A stretch of 64,000 nt of DNA from the NCBI GenBank assembly GCA_000165425.1, contig CT868669.1, positions 124,001-188,000 on the forward strand, read 5' to 3'. The notes beneath the pieces were generated by a model. It had not been told where the DNA came from. It did no database searches and worked only from the letters and a program-made list of their open reading frames with translations. Positions 13,592-31,290 of the stretch are shown one piece after another (the stretch's first letter is position 1; each line of letters begins with the position of its first letter). A program made the translations under genes and the position numbers. Source of the stretch: Paramecium tetraurelia (taxonomy: Eukaryota).

Positions 13592-15483
13592 ATGAAAGCT
13601 TTACCGTTTTCGCTGATAACCCTTTAATTCTTCAATACTTCTTTGGAAGAAAAATACTAGGAATATATTTCTGAACAAAAACTTACTTTCTTTAGAATGT
13701 AGATGTCAAATGCCATTATAATTTTACTAGCATCTTTATTTACATTAGTAATTCAATAAGAAGAAAATCACTTGGTCATTATCGTCGTCGCGCAAGTTAT
13801 ATTATATGTTTTAACATTAATATTTAGCAGAAAAATTTCTACACTTTTCAAATACATTTTTCCCTTTTTATTTGTTATGTAACACATGTTTTTGATAATT
13901 TGGGCACTTGATAATCAATTCTAGTATTTAATTAAATTAGTTTAGACCCCATTTTGTTTATGGTTTTTTAAGTGGAGTTTATTCAACTTCTATGATAAAT
14001 TAATTAAGTGTGAAAATAAAAGCATTTATTTTATTATCCTATATATGGATACTGCTAGGAGTTTTTAGAATATATTGTTTAATAAATCTGAGTTATATTT
14101 TTATGGCATTTGGAGCCATTTGTTTCGAAACCTTTTTTGCATATCTTTATGAATATAATTAAAGATTAAATTTTTCATAAGGAATTATTATACAATAGCA
14201 AAAGTAATAGATATAAATTATATTATAGTAATTTTATGTATAAATTTACGACTTAAAAAATTCTGATTTTAAGTTTTAACGAAAATAAGTCATTTTTTAA
14301 ATTGGATTTTGTCAATAAAAAGTTTGAATCAATCTATAACATTGAAAATAATTTAGATAACCTTAAAGAATTCCTAAGAAATCATTTTATTATTAATTTA
14401 CCTACACATTAAATGTCTGGCAGTTTAAAAGTACAAAAATTTGCTAATAAATAAATAACGTTAGAGGATTTGTTATTCGAAAAATATAAAGCTTAAACAG
14501 ATCTAGTTGAAGAATTTAGTGAATTTTAAATGATAGATTAAAATAAAAGTTAAAGTGAAATTCAGATTTAACTAATTAATGGATTAAAAACATAATTTGT
14601 AATAATTATTTAAGAAAATAAAAACGAAATTTAAATCGAAAATTATGAAAAGAAGATTTCTATTATGAATAATATAGCAATAAATTTTTCTATTTTAGTT
14701 GGCTAACAATTATAATCTATATATAGGTAAATATCTGATTTAGAAATTTATGAATACGAACTTCAAAATTTAAATAAAATATAAGGAACCATGTAATATT
14801 TACTTAACGAAACTAAGAATTAATTCATGTTTTACTCTTACAAAAAACTCCATTAACTAAGATAAGAAATAAACCATTGTTAATTATCTGCTGTTATTAT
14901 CGCTTTAAAACCTTATTTTCTTTACTAAAGTCGAAAATCTAAAAGAGAATTTCAATTGCTATTTTAATTAGAGAAAGATAATGTTTAAATGAAGATAAAC
15001 ACAAAATTATTAACGCAAATATTAATAAATATCTTCAATAGAATTCTAATCTATTCAAAATCAAATAGCAGGATATTATTAAAAATATCGAAAGAATATG
15101 ATTTAAACCCATAATCAATTTATTAATCACATAAATGCTTATAAAATTCATCCTCATCAAAATATGATTATCTATGCTCTTCTTCAGAAAATATTCAACT
15201 TCTGGTTAACCTTAATTTTATATTTACAAGAGATGATGAAATTAAAGATTTTGAAAGATGCTTTGTAAATTAAAATAATGAGTATGAACAGAGTGATGAT
15301 TTAATATCAATGGTCAATTCATATTTATTAAAATAAATTAGTCCTTATAATAAGGTATTTATCATTGAGGAGTAAACCTCTGAATCACTAAATACGACTC
15401 TAAAGTTGTATATTTACTCTGATTAAACTCAGATTGATCCATCTTATAGTGCAGCTTTAAAATAGTAAAACATAATTGATTGA
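13592..15483 (+). CDS. Multi-TM protein with degenerate histidine-kinase-like C-terminus
   Basis: N-terminus LQFFNTSLEEKYQEY followed by several TM helices; later KINTKLLTQILINIFNRILIYS resembles the HATPase N-box, but no HELRTP motif, G boxes or receiver domain were found. Confidence 0.55.
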
Positions 15484-15683
15484 TGTATTTATTTTATCCT
15501 ATGCTTAAATATATGATTATTTAAAATATATCTCCATAAACATCAAACTACTTTTATTACTTCAAGATTTGCTTATTCTTCTATTTAAAACTTATTTAAA
15601 TGGGTCTATTATTTTAATATATATATAATCTTAAATTATTTATCATTTATAAAAACGTATAATAACACAAAAATCTATAGAAA

Positions 15684-17961
<2,278 letters not shown>

Positions 17962-17993
17962 GTGAAATTTAGATTTAAAATAAATTATTAATG

Positions 17994-18016
17994 TTACGCG
18001 CATTTATTTGGCGGAA
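17994..18016. promoter_or_regulatory. Putative E2F/MCB-like cell-cycle elements (TTACGCG; TTTGGCGGAA) upstream of MCM5
   Basis: CG-rich island in an AT-rich intergenic stretch, 33-55 nt upstream of the MCM5 ATG; TTTGGCGG fits the E2F consensus TTTSSCGS. Confidence 0.5.
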
Positions 18017-18183
18017 TTAAATATTCATTAATATGTTTCGTTATTTTTATAAGCAAATAAATTCTTGAATTTGATAAATTAGCAAAACCCAATTATTAAT
18101 TCCTATTTAACTGAATTTGAATCTGCAATCGTCTTTAATTACTTCATTACATATTTGATTTTGCTTATAAAATTTATTTTTCC

Positions 18184-18582
18184 ATGGATGAATTCAAATC
18201 GAATTCAGAGCGTCCTCAAACCTCTCGCATTCTCAATCAATTGAAACTCATGAGACGAAATCTTGTCAAATCACCATAAAAACAACATAAATACACTAAG
18301 TCACATTTCGTACCAGCTGATATTAACAATATGAAATACGTGCTGTCCCAAAGGCAAAACTTCGGAAACTTCTCTTCTTCTGTAACATCCTTTAAAGGCA
18401 AGGCTATATCTTAAAGTCAAATATAATATGACGAATCATTTTTGAATAGACTGCTCCCAAAAGAAACAATCAGAAATCTGAATAATTAATCAAGAAAAAA
18501 TAATACGCTCTTCTCATTGTTTCAACAACCATAAGGAAGAATGAAAACAGATTGGATAAACTCAAAATATCGATTATTTTGA
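18184..18582 (+). CDS. Hypothetical basic protein (132 aa)
   Basis: Intronless code-6 ORF MDEFKSNSERPQTSRILNQLKLMRRNLVKSP...KYRLF-TGA. Confidence 0.6.
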
Positions 18583-18911
18583 ATTCGTCTAGGTTAATTA
18601 TGAATAATTGATCTAACAATTATACAGAAAATACAATATTTAAGATTTTATTTATAAAATGATATTAAAATAAGGGTATGCTTCATAAATCCAAAAATAT
18701 TTTAAGCGGTTTTCTAATTTTTGATTCTTTTCATATCAAAATACCTATTTTACTTTAATTTGTAAAATAAATAAAAATGGAGGGTTTTAAATGTATTGAA
18801 TGAGTTCAGAAAGAATGATTTTGCAAATCGATTTTTACAATTAATTTATATAGTTGGCAAACATAAAATACAAGAATATTATTTTAATCAAAATAATTTT
18901 ATAATTAATTT

Positions 18912-20652
<1,741 letters not shown>

Positions 20653-20663
20653 TTAATATAATT

Positions 20664-21880
20664 ATGTTCTGCTTGATTTTAATAGTTTCATGTTATGCTC
20701 GATTAATATTACAAGACCTAGAAAGTATGAAAATTTAACCTGAAGAATCTACACTTCCTAGATAGCATTGTACGAACCATGATGCGTAAACTAAATATGG
20801 TTATTTGCATGTTCCTAATGGTGCAATAAGTTTTATCTATTACTAAGGAAGAGGTCAAAATAACATAGTGTACATAAATGGAGGGCCTGGGATATCAAGT
20901 CAAGTATCAAATTACTTGGAAATAGGACCTCATTCTGGGCAATGGAACAAGTTTAGTAATCTACTTTTTTTGGATTTGCCAGCAGGAACTGGTTATGGCA
21001 GAACAAATACAACAAGAAACCTAACTTATGAAGATGTTGCGATTGATTATGAGATAGCAATGAAGGCATTTAATAAATTATGCGGACTGACTTATAATAA
21101 TGTGATTCTATTTTCCACAGATTTTGGAGCTAGATTTGCTTTGGCAATAGCAAATAGAAGCAGTACTATAAAGTGTGTTGGACTGTTGGATCCATTCTTA
21201 GACACGATTAGTATAGTGACAGAGATACCCAATTTCGCTTTTCACATGGGTGTAATTGATTATTAAGAGTTAATATATTTTGAGAAAGCCATAATAAGGT
21301 TGAGTGATGATATTTACAACGGCAACTATTAACATGAGAATGCTAAATTCCTGAAGTAACTCTACTATTCGACTGGGAATGTCTCTCTATATAACGTATT
21401 GGAGTAGAAGCAATATTCAGAGGATGAAGACAAGTTGGAATAGATTCTAAATGATCCAGATTCACTCTATTACATCCCTTTTGAGACTGAGTTTTTGGCT
21501 CGCTCATAAAATGTGTTTGATTAATTTAAATACAACTTTTTTGAACCTTTCGATAATGAAATGTAAGCAGTTAATGAATATTTAGTATACAGCATTTGCT
21601 CAGTTACAAGAATGTTCTGGTGTATTAATCATAGTATGACATGCTTATTCCTCCTTCAGGAACAATGAAATGGTTGATCTCAATTGAATATGAGTTGAAT
21701 GACTTCTTCTACTAGAATTAGTTGATTAAATTAATGAAGGACGATTTGCTTATTGGATTGTAGAAAAGGGGAGGTTACTTAGAATATTTATTTGTATTGA
21801 ATACAGGATAGGTGATGCATAGAGACAATTGCAACAATTCAATGAATTTAATTTAATAATATTTGGAGAGTATTATTTGA
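20664..21880 (+). CDS. Serine carboxypeptidase S10-like protein, probably catalytically inactive
   Basis: Signal peptide; YINGGPGISS, EIGP, WNKFSNLLFLDLPAGTGYG; GESYAG is replaced by STDFGA and AGHM by TGQV. Confidence 0.85.
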
Positions 21881-21899
21881 TTTATATTAATTAATTAAA

Positions 21900-22244
21900 A
21901 TGGGATCATCTTGTTGTGCTTAACAAGTGGGAGAAGAGCAGGATCATGAACTCGAGAATAAGTACAAGTACGATCCTAACAAATAACCAGCTAAGGGAGC
22001 ATTTAAGAAATAAAATGAAGATAAAAAAATGGTCAAGTTTCCAACCAGAGTAAGATAAGACGATGATGAAAAACATAAGGGTGAAGATGAGAGTCCTGTT
22101 GGGAATCCTCTAATAGAAGAAAGTGTTGTTGCACCAGATGCTAAATCTCATAAGTCGTAACACACTTAGAAATCTCACTAAACAAATAAAAGAGGATTAT
22201 TTAGCAAGTAGGTAAGTTAATTTGTAAAATGCGAAGATGAATGA
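21900..22244 (+). CDS. Small N-acylated disordered protein (114 aa)
   Basis: MGSSCCAQQVGEEQDHELE...KKMVKFP...CEDE-TGA; Gly2 plus Cys5/Cys6 acylation signal. Confidence 0.7.
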
Positions 22245-23206
22245 TTATTTAACTAATTTATGTATTCCCAATAATCTTTACACTCCCTAAAGACTTACAT
22301 TTCTATCCTCACTTTCATAACCATTCTAAATTCTCACATCTTCAACACTCTCTCTCAAGAACTTTAAAAACTCTAAGGTTCCTATCACAAAGCAACTTCC
22401 ATAGTTTGTAATTTGCTAAGAAGTTAGTCATTCTCCCATTCACTTTTAAATTTGATGTAAATTAAAGGCCAAACTCAAACAACAAAAACAACAACCCGCA
22501 CAACAGCCATATATTATTTAAATTAAAAGATAACCATACATTTGATTCGCTTATGAAAAAAAAATAAGACAACTTATCATGATAATGCTTTTCTAAAAGC
22601 AACTTGAATTTTAGCTTAGTTGATTACATCATATGAACTCATTTGCATATAATATTAATTGCCAAACGCAGACTCATTAATTACAATTTAGTTTGTGTAT
22701 AATATAACATACAAGCTTGTTTAAGTACAAGGAAATCAATTCTACTCTGTAATTCTAATAATTGATGATCCAAATTAATTAAGATTAAAGCAATTAAACT
22801 GAAATTTGTTGTTTCATTTTATATTGTATATAGAAGCTTGACAAAATAAAAATTAAATGTTACTTTAAATAATTTATAATTTTATGATTAAGATATATTA
22901 TAAAATAAATTTAATTTACAAACTTTAAGAATAAACAAGAATTTAACTTATACTAAGGTTGTTATGTTATTGTTTTATTAGAAAGTGTTTGCCATTGTAT
23001 ATAATTAATAAAGATCTGAGTGAAGAGTATAAATCTATAAATAAATGAACTATTTTATATTAAGTATTAAGTTAATCTCTCCGATAGATGTTAAGCTAAT
23101 GACTCAACATTTCTTTGCTTTTTATTTAATTTTGAAGAATCTAAGATTAAAAATGAAGTTGTTGATTTTTTGACTAAATAAAAGAATATATGATTGTCTA
23201 TTTATT

Positions 23207-23960
23207 TCATTATTTATATTTTGTTATTAGTAGATTTTAGACTTCTTCATATGTTATTGGATCACTGCTCATCAGTTTCTTGTGAAGTAACTTGATGTTT
23301 TTGTATGACTATAATAATTACAGTGTTTTATCATCTGTCAAATTCAAAAGCTATTTTATTTCATCATCTTAACATAATCGAATTCTTACATAAAGGCATA
23401 TTCTCTTGATTCCAAACTTAAAACTATTGTAATTTCATTCTCATCATATTGAAATTGAATTTTCTCTACACCATCTCAGTCTAATGCCCCTTTCCTATGT
23501 GAATGAAGCCGTCGTTTTTCCTAAAAAAGAGCTTAAAGGGTTAATTATTCTAATCTGTAGTCACTTGAACATTACGAGTGGAAATATGTCTCTTGATATG
23601 CTTGCTCTATTTAATGATTTTGAAATGTTTGTCAATCTGTTTGCTATTTAATTCAGATTCATTTTCATCGAGAATGGTGGATGGAGTTGTTTAAGGCAGC
23701 TCTTTGAGCAATTTTAGGTTCAGTCTTATTCGTGTACCACTAACTGACACAAACTAAGAACAAGCCCATGTTTGTTCTTTTTCATTTGGCTAAGGGGGTT
23801 GTGGTGTAGTTTGCTATGCTTGAAAGGGTTAAAAGTAGGGAATCTGGTAGTACATAAAGGGAAAAAAGATTTATTGGGAATTCATAAATTGGGGCATGCA
23901 CAATGGAAATCCAAATGGTTGAGCATTAATGTTGACTGGGAGATACTGATTGTTATTCAT
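23207..23960 (-). CDS. Hypothetical protein with a P/Q/F-rich N-terminus (possible transcriptional regulator)
   Basis: Continuous code-6 ORF MNNNQYLPVNINAQPFGFPLCMPQFM...FIHIGKGHQTE... Confidence 0.6.
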
Positions 23961-24413
23961 AAAAAAAATAATAACATCAAAAAACACAAACCAAGTTCAA
24001 TCAATATACCATACTCCGTCAATAATATTTTAAAAAATTTATTAATTCTTGCTTTTTATATAGAACGATTAGGAGCAATCATTAAAACAATACATGTTAA
24101 TGCCTTCTTCGATTATAAAAAGGTTCTAATAGCAACTCTTATAGATTAATTGTTTTTGGTTATTTTACATGTATATATTATCTTATTTTTTATATCACTT
24201 CTGAAGAAACGATTTGAATCATATTTCATAAGAATTTAAGACTCATTATATTAATTATCGTATGTGGATTAATCAATTTAGAAGGAGAATCACTGTAAAA
24301 ACTTTCTCCTCTTGCGTTGCATAATATATCTATAAAAATATAGAAGAATATAAACAATGATTAGAATTTATTGAAGATTTATTATAATAATGAACTTAAT
24401 ACATTTATGTATG

Positions 24414-25505
24414 TCAATAGGTAGCAACGGATTGCCCAAAATAGACTTTTTACTAAGCCTTCGCATTCCAATTAATAGATGTACTTTCAAAAATTATTAC
24501 AACTGTAGATCCTTTAATTAATCAGTATAAATCGTACCCATCTCAAATCTTCCAATCTCTTAACCCTTCTTAATATGCACTCCTTTCCCACACGATTAAT
24601 ATGGAGCATTAACAGGAAGATTAGAGTAATTTCTATATCCACTTTTATGTTATGTGTTAGTATTAGTAATCAAATCTGAATCGAAATTAACCTTCATTGA
24701 GCCAACATTAGTTGCCCCAATGAATATAATATACATCAATCCTTATTCCCACTCTCCTTCAAGAACCACTCTTTCATTACCTTCATATAATCCCTATTTA
24801 AGTAAAATAACAATACTTATCTAAGACTGCTTTCCTTAACAGGTGCTAATTTTCCTGGAATGTGCAACCTACTTCTTGCGATGAAATCTACTGGACAATG
24901 GTAACGATGATAGTCTCCCGGAGCAAGATAAAAGATACAAGACCATAGATTTGATGACTCCTATTTTTTCTTGAATTCCATCTCATATCCCTTGATGCCC
25001 GTTAAAAATTATCCAATTTGGTATGTAACCCTTTTAACTAGTAAACATTCATTCTTTGTGACTTTGCTTATGGATAAGATCTTTGAATCAGCAGGACTGA
25101 CCATTCCATATTCTATTTTTCTTGGTTTGATTTGTCTAGTAAAGAATTTATTGAATGTTTCGTAATAGTTCAATGGGTGAATCATGTCTTGACGTCTTAC
25201 TTTATAGATTTCGCTGAATATTGTGTAAATAGGCATTCTTGCTTATTGATGTTAATGTTACCTCATAATCTTGGGAATGTAGAGATTCATTACATATCCA
25301 GTGATTTACGATACATATCTAGAGATTGGCAACTCTAAGAGTTTCTTAACGATTATCAACAAGACTAGGAGTTTCAGATAATATATCTAGGATTGGAAGC
25401 AAGAATTACGTTTTGAAATTATGTAGTGAGCAAGTCAACTGCGTAGTTAAGACCATACAGAACTAGGACCAAGAGGGAAAGATTCTTAAAGTGGGTTTAT
25501 TTCAT
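24414..25505 (-). CDS. PSD1: Phosphatidylserine decarboxylase proenzyme (Psd1-like)
   Basis: FNKFFTRQIK, VSPADSKI, IFYLAPGDYHRYHCP, NERVVLEGEW, GATNVGSM, FEMGSTVV autocleavage motif (intron within the Gly codon). Confidence 0.93.
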
Positions 25506-25532
25506 CAATTATTAAATGTTTAATAATTCATT

Positions 25533-28500
25533 TCAATATTGAGTGTGTTATGGTTCTAATGATGCACTTATTTTTTTATATTAAAGTATATGAAAAACCC
25601 TGTAACGAACAAGATCGTCAGAAATATACCCAATAAGATCCATTATTGAGTGGATTCCTGTAAATTGTTAGTATAGTTCATCTCTATTATTGGCAAAGGA
25701 TATGTGAGTTCTTCAGTCTAATACTCTATTTATAATTGCACTTTCCCAACCACACTCAAATACTTCGCTTATTGGTCTTTGGTCGTAAAAGTGACAGTAG
25801 TAAAGTTACTCGTATTGCTTTATTCAACAACCTAAGTGTATTTACCATAAACATTCGTCTTATTGTTGACATAATTGGATTCAAACATGCAGGCAAGACT
25901 CTTTTCGCCAATTGCTTATTGCATCCTTACAATAAAATAAATATGGATTGCTTAAATATCCTGTTTTACTTATATAAGATTTGGGATATGGATGATCAAA
26001 TTATCATCAACTTTGTACCAATCTACAGATTTATCACTAATTTCAAATGATGTTTATGGGATAACTTCTCCTTAATCAAAAGTCTGTTATTTGATAAAAT
26101 ATGATGAAATTTTATTTTTGTTGTCATCTTGTGTATGACTTGATATCAATTTCACTAGAAAATAATATTTACCTTCATCAAGTTATAGAATCGATTGAAT
26201 ATGATCTTTCGATGAATTCATCACTTAGATTTCAAATATTTATTTGGCAAGATTAGTTTCATTTTTTGTTCCTTATACTAATATAGATCCAGAGCAAGTA
26301 AATACTTCCAAGAAGAGTTTTGATTTTTATTACAAAAAGACTTCATAATAGTTTGGTTATCCCATCTTAGTTAACTAATATTGTGATATGCTATCAATTA
26401 AAGCATTTAACTCACCATTTGTAATTATTACTCCAATAAAAGTCTAATTATGTAAGGCCTTGATGGAAATTTCATACAAACCAAATTAATCATACAGGTG
26501 ATATGAGATAGCTTTCGGGTATTTATTAAAATAATTAATAGGTTTGATGGAAGTATGAGTAATATCAAAATATAGATTTTCAATGGATTGATGAATATTT
26601 TAGATTTGTAGAGTTACAAACTTCTATTGATTATTAGATGTTTGAGTGACTGATTGATATTAGAGTTTTATAGTCTCCTGAGCTTTTATTTAATAAGTCA
26701 TCATCTGACCCAAATGAATAGTGTAAGTCTATTTCTCAATTCTAACTGCACTGATCATAAAGACAGAAACAGGTACCAATGATTCAACTTTTATTGTAAT
26801 CAATGATTCTAAGGTTTTCTTTTTTTCGAATAGAATTAAGGTGTCCTATTAAATTCTGGATGTCAGATCTGCTTCATCATTATGCAGAAGTTCTTAACCT
26901 TCCTTCAAATATAATCTAATGTCCCCGCTTATCAATGAGACACTGATTTGAACATCAACATTTGAATAAAAGCGATATTGAGAAGACTCTGACTCACTCA
27001 AAACTTCTCTCCATTGAAGATTGTCGTATAGGGTAGTCTAATACTTTTGACCACTAAATTCAATCAAACCTTTACTATTCCCTTAGACGGCTGTAATTTC
27101 AATTGAATAAACGCAACCCACTTTTTCGCAAGTCTTCACTTTAAATGATTTTTGTTTATCAACAATTTCATCAATAAACAAATGATCATTAATACTAATA
27201 ATAGTTTCATCATCAATAGACTCCAATGCTTTTGCCCTGACTTACAATTTACCTTGGAACGCAAACACAATGATTTTATATTCCTTATCATTTGGATCAT
27301 CTCTAAAAATGTAATAATGAGGTATGTCTTCATGGAATAGAACATCAAATGGATAGCCAAGGAAAGCATTGACAAATTTTGCATCGTCAGTATTGTAATT
27401 AATTTAAAATTCACATTCTTCTTCCCCAAACACGCCTATGATATAATCATCCTTTGCCAAATATCGATTATTCACCTCTTATAGAATGTAAGTTGTTCTA
27501 AAAATATGTGACCACTATTGATTAAATTCAGATAGGCTGGGTCTTTAGTCTTTCCCTTTAGATATTCTAGCATTAACAAATTCACCACCTCCTTTGACAT
27601 GAATATTAACTTGTATCGACTTAACATCTTATGTTAAACTGAGTTTGTAATATTTGGTTTAACCTTTTTAAATAACGTCGATAATAGGGTCTGATAGAGT
27701 CAATAGTTTAACTTCTTCATAGACACCAATCGTATAGGTGTCATTTTAATAATGAGGCTCTATAGGTTAAACACGGATGTATAAAACCTAATACTTCTCA
27801 GTTTCAGGGATTGTAAAACTTTAAAATTAGGTGAAATAGGAATGTGCTTTGAATGTTTCATATCTCAGATCAGAATTATCTTTGTTACCAAAGTAAGGCT
27901 CAATATTTGCTTGACTTCCTCCATAGGAATACCACTGCAATGAGAGTTCTTTATTCTTGAGGATATAATAGAATAGAGTTTCTTAGTCAAAAGTGACAGT
28001 TTAGGGATATCCTTCATGGAGTTGAATTAAACTATTATTATATTTTGTAGATATGGTGTAGAAGATTGTTCCTGATGATGAGGTCACGGCTATATAGATG
28101 TAACACAGATTCTTTTCGTTAATCTTAGTTGTATTCTAAGGGCATTACAAATCAGTATCGGGAATAGTTAAATTCTTTCCAATAAGATAGATATTGTAAT
28201 GTTTGAGGCTTGGATGTGTATTTTTCTGATCTAATGATATGAACATGTCTAAATCAAATACATCATTGCCTGAGTAGATATCTTTAGTAATTATGAGATT
28301 TCTAGACTGCATAGGTAATTTATAATATCGAAACTTTTTTTCTGCTACAGTGCCTATAATCTATTACCCAACTTGATAAAATTCAATATCTCCATGCAAA
28401 GTATATTGGATGATAAATTCTCCGTGATCATTCAAATTCTGGACACCAATATAATATTAAGTTGCATAGTTAGGATCATCAATGTTAATTTCTATTTGCT

Positions 28501-29810
28501 TTTAGTCTTTCCATTGATAACTATTGCTATCAGGTATTTCTTTATTTTTTAGATTGGACTTAACATACATAATGAAGTTGCCTTCAATGTTTTATAATGA
28601 AATTGTAAAATTTTGTTTCTAGGTTAATTAAATATAAAAGAAACTGTATTGATCCCCAGATAAGTATTTTTGAGGTACTCCACTTTGCAATTAGATGAAA
28701 TAGGTTTGATTAATGGTTTAATATCTTTCCACTTAAGTGTAAATACCATAATGGCATTAAGTATTACCATAAACACTCAAATAGAAAGTTTTAGCATTGC
28801 TAGCTTTCAATTAGGATAAACTCTTCATTTCAAATTTATCAAAATTGGGATACTGTTCTGATGAGCTGCCATACAACGTACATGTTCCATTGTATTGAGT
28901 GATTTAGAATTTTACACTTTTTATATTAGTATCATTGGGAATATTGTACAAATAATAAATATAGAATCCTTCTTCAACATGAAATTGTTCTTATTGTCCC
29001 TCTCTCAAAACAACATGCTATTCCTGATGTTTAGCCAAAATACGAAATTGTGTTTTAGAATCACTTTTCAATCCAATTAAATAATAGCAATCTTAGCAAT
29101 CATTATGAACAAAAGTAAGCGATGATTAAGTCAGATGCATGGCTGTATCAGTGTTATTGGCTTCATAATCACTCAAAGTGATCTAGCAATCCTCCTTACT
29201 ACATTACTTTAAGAATTTTTCTGCTTAATTAGCTGTAATCTGCAAAGTAATTTATTCGGTTGATTAGTTTGGTTTCAATTTAAATTGAAGGATCTCCTTC
29301 TCTACTAATTCACCGCTATTATGAAATTTAGTTTTACCTGAGTGGAATGTTGTATTCCAACTATTGGATACCATCCAAAACATATGTAACCAAAGAATAG
29401 CCTGATACAACTTCACTAGAAACACCAATATAGAATTGATTATCTGTGCAATTAACTGCTTGTCTTTCTTAGTAGGAAATTGAGAGTTATTACAGGAACC
29501 AAGATCCTGTTTGCCATTCGTAATAATCTAATAGCTTTGGTTCCCTACTTTAGGAATATTCATAATTACGTATCACAATCTACAGCTACCTTAGGATTTC
29601 CAATCTATGGTAGCAATTATACTATCAAAGTACGATTCTACAACTTTTCTGGATTGTGCAATTATAATCTATATACCTTAAAATCATAGGCTTCGATTGC
29701 ATCATCGACTACTTCATTTAACCCAATTTATTTCACTAATAAGATTGTTGAATTTCATTACCTGTTCCATTCACCAATGCCATGGTAAGCATCAATAGGT
29801 ATATGTGCAT
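25533..29810 (-). CDS. Large (~1400 aa) type I membrane/surface protein with repeated beta-sandwich (PPC-like) modules
   Basis: Signal peptide MHIYLLMLTMALVNG; recurring motifs such as DLDMFISL..P, GNFIMYVKS..IPD, YYIGVQ, YIAVTS; C-terminal TM YWVYFLTILFVTGFFIYF and a short tail. Confidence 0.7.
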
Positions 29811-29959
29811 ATTATATAATTATTTAATATTATTATTCTAATAATTACTTCACTTTAAGATTCATATCAATCTAGCATTTCTATTTTTATGATTATCTAG
29901 CTATTTATTTCATTAAAAATGAGAAATACCAAATAAATTTTATTTTTTTATAATAAGCT

Positions 29960-31213
29960 ATGGGTCAAGCAGTTAGTTCAAATAATCCTCTGGATTACAA
30001 ATTTGATATCCCAAGACCGTAATTTAACAGGGGCGAACTCGACGCCTTAAAAAGTAATGAGCTAGAAAGCCTCAAAAACCTTAGAATCTATACTGACTTG
30101 GATATTGATGACCAAGGATTTAATTTCGAAAATATTGATTGTTTCGACTTTGAGGAAAATGCATAAGGTGCTGGAGCATATTACTATGGTAAGTTAGTTG
30201 GTGGAAGGAGGAAAGGTTTAGGAATTTAAGTGTTTGAAGAAGCAAAGTCTGGAATTAGGATGGCCTTCGGAAATTTTGAAGACAATTTACTTGAAGGCTA
30301 CGGATTAGCAATATATCACGATAACACTTATTATCATGGTTAATGGAAAAAAGGGAAATGTGAAGGGTTTGGTTATTACACTTCTAGTTTTGGGGATTTC
30401 TATCTTGGAGAATGGAAAGGTGGTGAATTTATCACTGGCATTTACAGAACGTATAAGCAAGATCATCTATTTTAGATCAGACTTTGAGTATGTAGGGCAG
30501 TTAAGTTAAGGCAATTTTCATGGAATTGGAAGATGTTATTATTTTGATGGAGCCATAGTCCAAGGAAATTGGAGTTATGATTAATTAGAGGGATTCGCTA
30601 ATCATTAATTTCCGAATAAGGATAACTATGTCGGTTACTATAAGAAATCTCTTAAGCATGGGATTGGAATTTTGTATGAGAATTCAGAATAAAAAATATA
30701 TGAAGGAGAATTCTTTTTTGATCATTTTCATGGTCTCGGAAAAGAAATTGACTAAGATAAAAAATAATTTATTTCTGCTGTTTTTAGATAAGGTAAACCC
30801 TATTTACTTTACAGTAAATAAATATATCAAGGAGAAAATTAAGGAGACTAAGAGTGGATTTTGACAGATTATGACTAAAATTAATAGGAGGTGGATAGAA
30901 GCTTATGTGTTATTAGTGATTACAATTTTGAATAGAATTTATCTCAAGGAGGAGATAAATATGTATTAGATTTTAATATGCTTAGGAATAATTTAATAAA
31001 GATAATCAAAATTTAATCAATGAAATGAATGTAATTTTGAAGAAAAGTGAAGGATATAAGAAGGAACACTAAATATTAGAAAAAAGACTTAAATAATTAA
31101 CAATATTACATTAGCTATAAAAATGGCATTACGAATAAAACTAAGATAGATTTCCTCATCATTTTAGAAGCTAATATCAAAAGTTTCTCTAATAATAATA
31201 ACAATAACAATGA
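29960..31213 (+). CDS. MORN-repeat protein, N-myristoylation signal MGQAVS
   Basis: YHGQWKKGKCEGFG, YLGEWKGG, YVGQLSQGNFHGIG, YVGYYKKSLKHGIG, YEGEFFFDHFHGLG. Confidence 0.88.
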
Positions 31214-31290
31214 TGAATTTATTCAACAATTTATAATCAATTATATGAAATAATTATAAATTTAATTCCATTAATATAAATATTATATTA

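Noticed and set aside
22260..22650. Coding-like segment after the MGSSCC gene
   Set aside because: Short ORFs exist on both strands and I could not determine strand or frame.
22880..23193. Possible small gene with an intron-like sequence
   Set aside because: In-frame TGA in every reading tried; no recognisable motif.
23480..23515. ELM2-like motif IHIGKGHQTE
   Set aside because: Too short, and no following SANT domain was recognised.
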